DNA from: an uncultured Algimonas sp.
GTDB taxonomy: Bacteria; Pseudomonadota; Alphaproteobacteria; Caulobacterales; Maricaulaceae
NCBI GenBank assembly: GCA_964511495.1
Contig: CAZEFT010000002.1
Coordinates: 67,112-131,111 of the forward strand
Reading direction: 5' to 3'
DNA length: 64,000 nucleotides
Shown: one piece after another, positions 31,966 through 40,879 of the stretch
Layout of the letters: each line of letters starts with the position of its first letter
How positions within the stretch are numbered: the stretch's first letter is position 1
Program-made: the position numbers and the translations under genes
The notes under the pieces: model-generated
The model's database searches: none
What the model was told of the DNA's origin: nothing
The model's input: the letters and a program-made list of their open reading frames with translations, nothing else

Positions 31966-33330
31966 CTATTTCTTATTGGTGAAGATGACGCCGCAGCCGT
32001 CAATTTTCACGTCACGGCCATTGGCCCCACACAGAATATATTCCATCACGCGTGGCTGTTGCACATGGCCATTATGGGCGAATAACGGGTCGACGAAACT
32101 TTTAACGAGCGGAATGAGAGGCGGAGCAAATTCGACCCGCATATCAATGACATTAAAGCCGAGTGTTTCCACCAAACGCCGACGGTCAAATGTATCAAAT
32201 GTCTCGCCAGTATAGTCAGGATCAATTTTTGAATGTTTGTAGAGTTGTTCATAAAACGGGACGAGTTCATAAGTCAGAAAGTCGTTAATTTCTGAAAAAG
32301 CGACAAAGGTCGGGCGTTGTTCCGTAGAATAATTTGAGGGCTTAAATGGCTCCGTACTGGAAATGTCGGATAAGCCCAATAACGGGATTTGATTGGCCAG
32401 CATGAAGACTTGCGTCCCTCTGATCATATCATCATGTACGGTTTCCTGATCATCCGTCATCACTTCGCGGATAAGGTCCAGTGCAATTTTTGACCCGAGG
32501 GATTCTGTTACGAAGGCAAAGGGGTCGGTCTCAATCGTCGTCCCATTGGCGATTTCGCAAATGCGCTCATAATTCACTTTGTGCCCGAGATTGGAAAATT
32601 TCACGCCAGCGGCATCGAGCGAAGCCGCGCACATCGCCCCACGAATAGCCGCACGAATTTCATTGCCCGCCGGACCAAGATACATGACGGCATCGGAGAA
32701 TCCGAAATTGACGAGCTTGTCTTTCAGACTCCGGTTCACGCCCTTGCGCAAGGACGCAAAGGTTTTACTCTCGCCGTTGAAATCATCCTGTCCAACATGA
32801 GCAAATTGGAGGCTTTCCCACATTAATTCATCCCAGAAGATGCGGTAAATCACATATTCTAAGTCATTCCCGACAGGCAGTATCTGTTTATCCATACAGA
32901 CCAACGTGTCCAATTCGAGGTTTCGTCCCGGGATAGAGGTGCGGTAAAGCTTGGGATTGGCCTCTTCTATCAAGATATGATTGAGCGCTGATTTATCTTC
33001 ATCTTTTTCATCTCTGCCACAGAGTGAACTGACGGCCTTTTCCGGAGTTTCCAGATTATAAGCCTTCGCAACACCTTGGATGAAACTATTGGCCAGCGGT
33101 TTGTCTTCGCGATTTTCAACCCAACCAATGCCATGCAGAAAGATAATATTGACGCGCTTTGTTTGTGTTCGAGGCGCGCGTTTGGCAAGATATTCCAGAC
33201 CTTCAAATTCACCTTCGCCACTTTGCTGCGCAGAAAGGGAATTTATCTCCAACACATTGAATTTTGTGGAAGCGCAGGCGCCGAGTGTCAGAGACAATAA
33301 AAGGACAATTATTAAGCGTGTCATGTTCAT
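31966..33330 (-). CDS. Lipoprotein, putative alpha/beta-hydrolase-like, unknown function
   Basis: Signal peptide plus lipobox MNMTRLIIVLLLSLTLGAC. FLHGIGW and a nucleophile-elbow-like TESLGS. ATGA overlap with the uvrD stop. Confidence 0.7.
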   Translation of the reverse strand: MNMTRLIIVLLLSLTLGACASTKFNVLEINSLSAQQSGEGEFEGLEYLAKRAPRTQTKRVNIIFLHGIGWVENREDKPLANSFIQGVAKAYNLETPEKAVSSLCGRDEKDEDKSALNHILIEEANPKLYRTSIPGRNLELDTLVCMDKQILPVGNDLEYVIYRIFWDELMWESLQFAHVGQDDFNGESKTFASLRKGVNRSLKDKLVNFGFSDAVMYLGPAGNEIRAAIRGAMCAASLDAAGVKFSNLGHKVNYERICEIANGTTIETDPFAFVTESLGSKIALDLIREVMTDDQETVHDDMIRGTQVFMLANQIPLLGLSDISSTEPFKPSNYSTEQRPTFVAFSEINDFLTYELVPFYEQLYKHSKIDPDYTGETFDTFDRRRLVETLGFNVIDMRVEFAPPLIPLVKSFVDPLFAHNGHVQQPRVMEYILCGANGRDVKIDGCGVIFTNKK

Positions 33331-35684
33331 GCCCGTTCCAAAAATCCGTCGAGGACATTTTTATCACCGGCTTTTTCAAAAGCGACCGCTAATTTATTTC
33401 CGTCTGAGGCTGTAACCCGTCCGTAACCGAATTTTTGATGAAAGACGCGGTCTCCGACTTTATACGCGCTTTGTGCTTTTTTAGCTGGGCGACGAATAGC
33501 ATGGCCTTCAATCTCTTTGGGCCCGCGTCCGAAGTTTTTGCCTTTATTGGCTTCATATCGCTGCCACCCCGGTGAACGCGCTCTTTGGCTTTGCGCGCTC
33601 TCAAAGCTTGCTGAAAATTCTCTTGCTACTTCCTGAGCGATGCGGCTTTTTTGTGCGTATTGACCGGACTCGCTTTCGGCTTCGACATGTTGGATGGGTA
33701 ATTCGTCAATGAAGCGGGAGGGGACGCTAGACTGCCAAGATCCGTAAACCTGCCGATTGGCGGCGAAGTAAATCTTGGCCTGTTCCCGCGCACGGGTAAT
33801 GCCGACATAAGCCAGGCGGCGTTCTTCTTCTAACCCTGCCAGACCGTTTTCGTCCATGCTCTTCTGACTCGGGAAAACACCTTCTTCCCAACCTGGAAGA
33901 AAGACCAAGGGGAACTCCAGACCTTTGGCAGAATGCAATGTCATGAGTGAAATTTCATCTTCCTGAGGCCCGCTTTCAACATCCAAGACCAAGCTCACAT
34001 GTTCAAGATAGGCGTCCAAGGTGTCAAACTCTCCCATGGCTTGGATGAGTTCTTTGAGGTTTTCGAGACGACCCGCAGATTTTGCATCCTTATTGTCCCG
34101 CCACATTTGGGTGTACCCACTCTCATCCAATATACGCTCGGCGATTTCTGTGTGGCGAATGTCTTTGGCTTCACTTCGCCAACGATCCACATCCAGAATG
34201 AAGGCGCGCAGCGCCGTGCGGGCTTTGCCGCGAATTTCATCGGTTTTCGTAAGCTCGCGCGTTGCAGCTTCAAGGCTGATGTTCATCATCCGGGCCGCTG
34301 TCTGTAGCTTTTGTAAAGTCGTTGCTCCGATGCCGCGCTTTGGTACGTTTACAATCCGTTCAAAGGCTAAATCATCCGTGTTGGATTTTAGCACGCGCAG
34401 ATAGGCATGAGCGTCTCTTATTTCTTGTCGTTCGAAGAAGCGCGGGCCGCCAATGACGCGATAGGGCAGGCCAAGTTGAATGAAGCGTTCTTCGAAACTG
34501 CGCATTTGGCGTGAAGCGCGTACCAATATGGCGACATCATTATAATCCCGTCCTTTGCCGCGCCAATTTTCGATTTCTCCGGAAATAATACGAGCCTCAG
34601 CGGGGGCATCCCAAACACCCGTGACAGTTACTTTGTGGCCGCCATCATCTTCGGTCCAAAGGGTTTTCCCAAGTCGGTCTTGATTGGCCGCAATCAGGCC
34701 TGAGGCTGCACCAAGAATATGTTCGGTCGAGCGGTAATTACGCTCCAGCTTTACGACTTTTGCGCCGGGAAAATCTTTCTCGAAGCGTAGAATATTATCG
34801 ACTTCGGCCCCGCGCCACCCGTAAATGGATTGATCATCATCCCCGACCACGCAGAGGTTTTGTGACCCTTGAGCCAAAAGACGCAGCCAGAGATACTGGC
34901 AAACATTCGTATCTTGATATTCGTCCACGAGAATATAACGGAATTTTTGGTGATATTTTTTCAGTATATCAGGATTTTCGGTGAACAAGGTGAGGTTTAA
35001 GAGGAGGAGGTCGCCAAAATCACAGGCGTTCAGCGTTTTGAGCCTTTGCTGATAGGTCTTGTAGAGTTCAGCCCCTTTGCCATCAGCGAATTTAAAGGCT
35101 TCATTGCTATTCAATTTATCCGGCGTCAGTCCCTTATTCTTCCACCCATCAACCAAGGCCGCCAGATAACGTCCTGTCCAACGTTTTTCATCAATATCAG
35201 CGGCTTTGATAATTTGTTTAAGAAGGCGAATTTGATCGTCTGTATCCAGAATGGTGAAATTTGATTTCAGTCCGACCAATTCTGCATGAATGCGCAGGAT
35301 CTTTGCGGCGATGGAGTGAAATGTTCCCAACCAAGGAAGGCCTTCGACCTGTTCGCCAATCAAATGCCCCACACGCTCACGCATTTCCCTCGCCGCTTTG
35401 TTGGTAAAGGTCACCGAGAGAATTTGGCTTGGATAAGCACGGCGCGTAGTCAGAATATGGGCCAAGCGACATGTTAAAACGCGCGTTTTACCCGTGCCCG
35501 CCCCGGCCAATACCAAGAGAGGGCCGTCTATTGTGAGAACGGCTTCTGACTGTTCAGCATTCAAACCATTCAGATAATCTTGGTTGCCTCCTGCCAAATC
35601 ACCCCGAACAGGCATAGCCTGTTGAGAAATGGACCGCCTGTTAGGAGGGGGCGGCGCCGGTTGAAAAGAATCAGCGGAAGACAT
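33327..35684 (-). CDS. uvrD: ATP-dependent DNA helicase UvrD/PcrA family (SF1)
   Basis: Walker A AGAGTGKTRVL, VDEYQDTN, YRST, TLHSAKGLEF, VGITRA, and a C-terminal Tudor-like tail VGDRVFHQKFGYGRV. Confidence 0.93.
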   Translation of the reverse strand: MSSADSFQPAPPPPNRRSISQQAMPVRGDLAGGNQDYLNGLNAEQSEAVLTIDGPLLVLAGAGTGKTRVLTCRLAHILTTRRAYPSQILSVTFTNKAAREMRERVGHLIGEQVEGLPWLGTFHSIAAKILRIHAELVGLKSNFTILDTDDQIRLLKQIIKAADIDEKRWTGRYLAALVDGWKNKGLTPDKLNSNEAFKFADGKGAELYKTYQQRLKTLNACDFGDLLLLNLTLFTENPDILKKYHQKFRYILVDEYQDTNVCQYLWLRLLAQGSQNLCVVGDDDQSIYGWRGAEVDNILRFEKDFPGAKVVKLERNYRSTEHILGAASGLIAANQDRLGKTLWTEDDGGHKVTVTGVWDAPAEARIISGEIENWRGKGRDYNDVAILVRASRQMRSFEERFIQLGLPYRVIGGPRFFERQEIRDAHAYLRVLKSNTDDLAFERIVNVPKRGIGATTLQKLQTAARMMNISLEAATRELTKTDEIRGKARTALRAFILDVDRWRSEAKDIRHTEIAERILDESGYTQMWRDNKDAKSAGRLENLKELIQAMGEFDTLDAYLEHVSLVLDVESGPQEDEISLMTLHSAKGLEFPLVFLPGWEEGVFPSQKSMDENGLAGLEEERRLAYVGITRAREQAKIYFAANRQVYGSWQSSVPSRFIDELPIQHVEAESESGQYAQKSRIAQEVAREFSASFESAQSQRARSPGWQRYEANKGKNFGRGPKEIEGHAIRRPAKKAQSAYKVGDRVFHQKFGYGRVTASDGNKLAVAFEKAGDKNVLDGFLERA

Positions 35685-35760
35685 AGCGCGAACATAAGGG
35701 TTCGATTTGACTTTGGCTATGGGGGAAGTGTGACCCGTGAGGCGTCTTTAGAGTAGTCTG

Positions 35761-36174
35761 TCAGGCGAGGGCAGATTGGCGCTTTTCAGCTTCTATTTCA
35801 TTCGATTTGGATTGGTATTTACCGTGGCGAATAGGTCGCCCATCATCATCCACATTGACGAACACAATTTCATCAATGGAAATGATTTCTTGTTTCGTGT
35901 GCTTAATCCGCACGTGGCAACTGACTGTAATTGTACAATGCCCAACTCCGACTGTCTCAACGCCAATTTCTACGACATCACCTTGACGAGCCGGGGCAAG
36001 GAAGTTGATATCTGACATGGATTTGGTGACGAGCGTTTGGGTTTCCATCTGACAGGCGGCATAAACGCCGCACTCTTCGTCAATCCACTCCAATAACCGT
36101 CCGCCAAAGAGTGTATTACGCGAGTTTAAATCACCCGGTTTGACAACTTTTCGCGTGCGAAAGATTAGAGACAT
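35761..36174 (-). CDS. Acyl-CoA thioesterase, hotdog fold (YciA-like)
   Basis: 137 aa. PGDLNSRNTLFGGRLLEWIDE..., VTKSMSDINFLAPARQGDVVE. Confidence 0.8.
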   Translation of the reverse strand: MSLIFRTRKVVKPGDLNSRNTLFGGRLLEWIDEECGVYAACQMETQTLVTKSMSDINFLAPARQGDVVEIGVETVGVGHCTITVSCHVRIKHTKQEIISIDEIVFVNVDDDGRPIRHGKYQSKSNEIEAEKRQSALA

Positions 36175-36269
36175 AAGGCGACATAAATGAGAATCGGCAG
36201 GTTTTGCAAGGGCAGAGCTTCTCGCGAGAGTTTATTTGTAAACCCTGTCGGTTTTATGTGCGGTTACAC

Positions 36270-36512
36270 TCACTCTGGTTTTGGAATGGGGGTATCCTTT
36301 GACACATGATTGAGTGCCCAGACCCGCAAATGCGAAGCCAAGTTTCGACCTTGGCCGTTCTCCAAGCGTAAATCATCCTGTTCGCGGAGAAACTGCGCCA
36401 AACTCTGATTGGTTTGAACGATGTAATTATCAATAACCTGCCAAAATTCTGGTTCGAGCGCTAAAGATGTTTGATGCCCGTAGAGAGAGACCGACCGCTT
36501 CTTGAAACTCAT
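36270..36512 (-). CDS. Ribbon-helix-helix domain protein (RHH_4-like)
   Basis: 80 aa. KRSVSLYGHQTSLALEPEFWQVI... NLASHLRVWAL matches my recollection of the RHH_4 family. ATGA overlap with the upstream DUF4169 gene. Confidence 0.7.
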   Translation of the reverse strand: MSFKKRSVSLYGHQTSLALEPEFWQVIDNYIVQTNQSLAQFLREQDDLRLENGQGRNLASHLRVWALNHVSKDTPIPKPE

Positions 36513-36727
36513 TGAGGCTTATCGCCCGGATCATCTGTTTTTGATGATGCACTTGTGAGCTTATGGGCGTCTAATTTGGATTGCAGTTTCTCTGCCAATT
36601 TGGCTTTCTTATCTTTATGGGCTTTATTCTGCCCGAAACGCGCTCGGTTTTCAGCCGCTTTGGCGTCCTTTTTGACGCGTTTCACAGCCTTCGCCGCTTT
36701 GCCGAATTTTATGACATTATCGTTCAT
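36509..36727 (-). CDS. DUF4169-like small lysine-rich protein
   Basis: 72 aa. NVIKFGKAAKAVKRVKKDAKAAENRARFGQNKAHK. Start overlaps the fumC stop by 1 nt (TAATG). Confidence 0.65.
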   Translation of the reverse strand: MNDNVIKFGKAAKAVKRVKKDAKAAENRARFGQNKAHKDKKAKLAEKLQSKLDAHKLTSASSKTDDPGDKPQ

Positions 36728-38121
36728 TAGCGTGGTTTTATCATCAGTTCTGGACGAACGATTTTGTCGAATTCTTTTTCAGTGACAAAACCCAAACGTA
36801 CGGCTTCTTCGCGTAATGTTGTTCCTCGCTTATGGGCAGTTTTCGCTACGGTTGTCGCGTTATCATAACCGATGGTTGGAGCGAGGGCCGTAACCAGCAT
36901 AAGGGAACGCCCCATCAAATCAGCAATGCGGTCTTCATTGGCTTTAATGCCTGTCACGCATTTATCCGCGAAGGCCATGGAGGAGTCTGTCAATAATTTG
37001 ATTGACTGTAGCATATTATAGGCCATGACAGGCTTGTATACATTCAGCTCGAAATGGCCTTGGCTACCGGCCAGCGACATCGTGGTTTGATTGCCCATAA
37101 CCTGCGCGCAGACCATGGTTAGAGCTTCGCACTGGGTTGGATTGACTTTACCCGGCATGATGGATGAACCGGGTTCATTGGCGGGAAGGGAGAGTTCCCC
37201 GAGGCCCGAGCGCGGGCCTGAGCCCAGAAAGCGAATATCATTGGCAATTTTGAACAATGACGCCGCGACAGTATTCAACGCGCCATGAGCGGAAACATAG
37301 GCGTCATGCGCGGCTAAGGCTTCAAATTTGTTCGATGCAGTTTTAAACGGCATTTTCGTATAGGCGGCAACTTCATCGGCGAAGGCTTTCGCAAAGCCGG
37401 GTTTGGCATTCAGGCCTGTCCCGACAGCTGTGCCGCCTTGCGCCAAAGGATAAAGTTCTTTCAGGCCGTTTTTGACGCGTTTTATGCCTAGGTCGAGTTG
37501 AGCAACGTAACCGGAAAACTCCTGACCCAATGTGATCGGCGTGGCGTCTTGTGTATGAGTTCGACCAATTTTGATAATTTTCTTAAACTCCTGAGCCTTA
37601 TCATTCAGCGCATTGCGGAGATATTGAAGGGCCGGGAGCAGGCTGTGGTGAATTTCTTCTGCGGCTGCGATGTGCATCGCCGTTGGAAAGGTGTCATTGG
37701 ATGATTGGCTCTTATTGACATGGTCATTTGGGTGAACGGGGTCTTTGGAGCCAATCTCACCGCCAAGAATTTCAATCGCCCGATTGGAAATCACTTCGTT
37801 GGCATTCATATTGGACTGTGTGCCGGACCCGGTTTGCCAAACTGAGAGCGGGAAATTATCATCCAATTTGCCCTCGGCGACATCTTTTGCCGCTTTTACA
37901 ATCGCGTTGGCGCGTTTGGCATCAAGATTTTTAAGTGACTTATTGGCCTTGGCCGCGCTCATTTTAATAATACCCAATGCACGAATGACGGAAGGGGGCA
38001 TGGTTTCAACCCCGATCGGAAAATTGATTAAAGAGCGGGCTGTCTGCGCGCCATAATATTTGTCGGCAGGTACTTTCAATTTGCCGAAGCTATCAGATTC
38101 AGTGCGGGTGTTTTGCGTCAT
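36727..38121 (-). CDS. fumC: Class II fumarate hydratase
   Basis: 464 aa with the signature [15 protein letters not shown] and the lyase_1 fold. Confidence 0.97.
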   Translation of the reverse strand: MTQNTRTESDSFGKLKVPADKYYGAQTARSLINFPIGVETMPPSVIRALGIIKMSAAKANKSLKNLDAKRANAIVKAAKDVAEGKLDDNFPLSVWQTGSGTQSNMNANEVISNRAIEILGGEIGSKDPVHPNDHVNKSQSSNDTFPTAMHIAAAEEIHHSLLPALQYLRNALNDKAQEFKKIIKIGRTHTQDATPITLGQEFSGYVAQLDLGIKRVKNGLKELYPLAQGGTAVGTGLNAKPGFAKAFADEVAAYTKMPFKTASNKFEALAAHDAYVSAHGALNTVAASLFKIANDIRFLGSGPRSGLGELSLPANEPGSSIMPGKVNPTQCEALTMVCAQVMGNQTTMSLAGSQGHFELNVYKPVMAYNMLQSIKLLTDSSMAFADKCVTGIKANEDRIADLMGRSLMLVTALAPTIGYDNATTVAKTAHKRGTTLREEAVRLGFVTEKEFDKIVRPELMIKPR

Positions 38122-38257
38122 GAAATAACTCTGTTTTTAACGGTATAGGAAATGTCGCCATTCAAAGGCGTAAAATTGCCAGATTTAAGATGGAAAGAGA
38201 AGAGCGGCTGTCACTGAATAATATCGAATGTTTTATCATCGACCCGGTCTGAACGCG

Positions 38258-38818
38258 TTATTTTTTGCGGAAAGCATCCAAGCTGACAACGTTTTCGCCT
38301 TCTTCTTTACTCTCATCAGTATCAGCGGATTTGTCAGTGTCTTCTGCCTTGACTTTAGCCGCAGGCTTTTTCGTCCCGATATTTTCTGTCACAGTGTTGT
38401 CTTCATCCCCTTTAACAGGACGAAGTTCAGTGGTCTTATTTGCGGCGGGCTCCATCTCGGCAGGGGCATCGAATTGCAAGGCGAAACCGACACTGGGATC
38501 ATGGAAGCGGGTAATGGCGTGATAAGGCACTTTTAAATATTTCGGGATACCGCCGAATTTAAGCGTGACTTCGAACTCTTCAGCATAGGCGTTTAAGTCC
38601 CAAAATTGATGTTCGAGAACAATCGTAATTTCGTCGGGATATTTGTCGGCGAGACCTTGATCAATTTCGACGCCAGGGTAGCGCGTCAGAAATGTAATGT
38701 AGAAATGATGCGCACCGGGCAAGCCGTCTTCACGGATAACCCGCCGTATCGCATCTCTGACCACACCCCGCAAAGCGAGCTGTGTCATCTGATCATAATT
38801 CATCAGGTCTTGGCTCAT
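38258..38818 (-). CDS. sspB: ClpXP adaptor SspB (alphaproteobacterial SspB-alpha type)
   Basis: ALRGVVRDAIRRV, GAHHFYITFLTRYPGVE, ITIVLEHQFWDL, then an acidic/disordered tail ending in a basic ClpX-binding-like peptide LDAFRKK. Confidence 0.8.
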   Translation of the reverse strand: MSQDLMNYDQMTQLALRGVVRDAIRRVIREDGLPGAHHFYITFLTRYPGVEIDQGLADKYPDEITIVLEHQFWDLNAYAEEFEVTLKFGGIPKYLKVPYHAITRFHDPSVGFALQFDAPAEMEPAANKTTELRPVKGDEDNTVTENIGTKKPAAKVKAEDTDKSADTDESKEEGENVVSLDAFRKK

Positions 38819-38925
38819 ATCTTTACCCTAGACCTCTTATTCCAAATATCAACCTACGTTTACCGGGCAGGCTGATTTTATTTACATTTTGGCGCTCTGG
38901 GCAAGCCCTGATACGTAGAGAGTTT

Positions 38926-40314
38926 ATGGCTCATTCGAAACCCGATCTTTCAGCTCGATATGATGAGGCAGGTCGCTTCATTCCCCCTCATGCCAAACCT
39001 CTTACGGGGCAAGAGGGTTTTGTGCGTGCGACATGGACATTTTTGCGCAATCCAATAGAGGGTTTTGGCCCGCTAGCCTATTCGCAGCCCATTGTCAGCG
39101 TGCCGAGTTTCGGAAAGAAACTTCACGTTATAACCGACCCCGAAGGCATGATGACTGTGTTGGCCAAAGAGGCGGGAAAGTTTACAAAGACCGCGATTGA
39201 TGCGCGCATCCTCGGCCCGGCGACGAAAGAAGGTTTGCTGTCCGTTCATGGGGCGCAATGGAAACGGCAGCGTAAGAGTGTCGCCCCTATGTTTCGAAAG
39301 CGACACATGGCCGATTTGGCTCCGATGATAAATGATGTCTTGGAAGCTTTTTGCGAAAAACTCGATCATGCTCCTGCGATTGAGCTGAACAGCGCTATGG
39401 CTGATCTGACATTTGACATTTTGGCCAAAGCTTTACTTGGAGACCCAAAAGGGTTGGATAGGGAACGGCTGAAATATGCCACTCGTAAAGTCGTGACGAG
39501 TGCGGGGACTTTGCGGCCTGATGACCTCGTGCCTTGGCCCCGTTGGGTGCCCCGTCCCATTTCACTGTCCGGGAAGCGGGCTTTAAAGGCTTTGAAAAGA
39601 GCTGCCGATGCGTTGCTCGATTCTCGTCGGGAAGGGCCTGCTCAAGACGATTTGGTAAGCCTCTTGATTTCGGCTGGTGCCACGGAGGCAGATGAAGGGC
39701 TAAGCCGACGAGAGCAGCGCGATAACCTCATCGGTTTCTTTATCGCCGGGCATGAAACGACGGCGCTGACATTGACTTGGGCGCTCTATCTTGTGGGCAG
39801 CCATGATAAGACGGCCAAACGGATACGCGCCGAAGTCGAAAAGGTCTGCGCTCAAAAAGCTGTCACCTATGCCGACATTTCGAAGCTAACATTCACTCAA
39901 GCCGTTATTGATGAGACAATGCGTCTCTATCCGCCCGCGCCCATGCTCAACCGTGAATGTCACGAGGCCACAGAGGTTCATGGACGAAAAATCAATGTTG
40001 GGGATACTTTTCTTCTCTGTAATTACGTGATGCATAGAACGGAAAGACTGTGGGAAGAGCCTCTCGTGTTTGATCCTGATCGCTTTTTGCTTAATCCGTC
40101 TCTTAAAAGCAAAGGCGCGCCTTTCATGCCTTTCGGGGCTGGGCCACGCATCTGCGTTGGGGCTGCCTTTGCAACAATGGAAGCCGTTATGGCTCTGGCC
40201 ACTCTGGTGAAGGGATATGATATTCAGATAAAAGGTAATGCTTACCCCCGCCCATTAATGACAGTGACATTGCGTCCTGAAGGCGGCATTGAAGCTAGAT
40301 TAGTGAAGAGATAA
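38926..40314 (+). CDS. Cytochrome P450
   Basis: I-helix FIAGHETT, ExxR (ETMR), heme loop FGAGPRICVGAAFA. Start taken at ATG 38926 (MAHSKPDL). Confidence 0.9.
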   Translation: MAHSKPDLSARYDEAGRFIPPHAKPLTGQEGFVRATWTFLRNPIEGFGPLAYSQPIVSVPSFGKKLHVITDPEGMMTVLAKEAGKFTKTAIDARILGPATKEGLLSVHGAQWKRQRKSVAPMFRKRHMADLAPMINDVLEAFCEKLDHAPAIELNSAMADLTFDILAKALLGDPKGLDRERLKYATRKVVTSAGTLRPDDLVPWPRWVPRPISLSGKRALKALKRAADALLDSRREGPAQDDLVSLLISAGATEADEGLSRREQRDNLIGFFIAGHETTALTLTWALYLVGSHDKTAKRIRAEVEKVCAQKAVTYADISKLTFTQAVIDETMRLYPPAPMLNRECHEATEVHGRKINVGDTFLLCNYVMHRTERLWEEPLVFDPDRFLLNPSLKSKGAPFMPFGAGPRICVGAAFATMEAVMALATLVKGYDIQIKGNAYPRPLMTVTLRPEGGIEARLVKR

Positions 40315-40321
40315 ATCAAAG

Positions 40322-40645
40322 TGGGAGGTTTCTGTTGCCAGCTACCTCCCGAAGCCCGCCTAGCCGTCTGAAGGGCTAGGAGTTAAAGTCGGAATGTCCG
40401 AACTGCTTACGCAGCTAGGGCAAATTCCTCAGAATAATTGTCATTTGCAATTATAAAAACGGGCATTTAACGGTACCCATACGGAAGAAAGCTAACCCTT
40501 TTGAACGTCTGTCGATCCTATTTCGGCCCCATCAAAAGCTCTCAATGTTTTGAGAGTTTATGGTGGAGCCGCCGGGTACCGCCCCCGGGTCCAGTCCGTC
40601 TATTATGAGCGCGTTTATCCTCATAGTCAGCAAGCTGACGCTTCA
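40322..40645 (-). ncRNA. ssrA: Two-piece (circularly permuted) tmRNA
   Basis: Read on the - strand. The acceptor piece ends ...CCGGGGGCGGTACCCGGCGGCTCCACCA at 40561. A 30-nt spacer follows with hairpin CTCTCAA/TTGAGAG. The coding piece starts GGGGCCG (40530-40524), which pairs with CGGCTCC and gives a G3:U wobble. The tag ORF GCA AAT GAC AAT TAT TCT GAG GAA TTT GCC CTA GCT GCG TAA (40448-40407) encodes ANDNYSEEFALAA. A terminal hairpin GGGAGGT..ACCTCCC is followed by T-rich sequence. The outer ends are approximate. Confidence 0.85.
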
Positions 40646-40879
40646 TATGTAGGAGAAATATCTGAGAATAAAAGCCTGATTCCCGTTTCCATGTGTTGAT
40701 TTTTGCTGAAACTCGACTAAATATCGGCTCAGATAAGTGAAATGCCCCGGTTTTATGAATGTTACATGAATAAAATTTGGAACAATGGGCAGGTTGTGAC
40801 GTTTTTCTTACGAAGTGTTTGAAATTTGATATTTCTATCTGTAAGGGTAGAAAAAATTGGAATCCGTGGGAGGATAATT

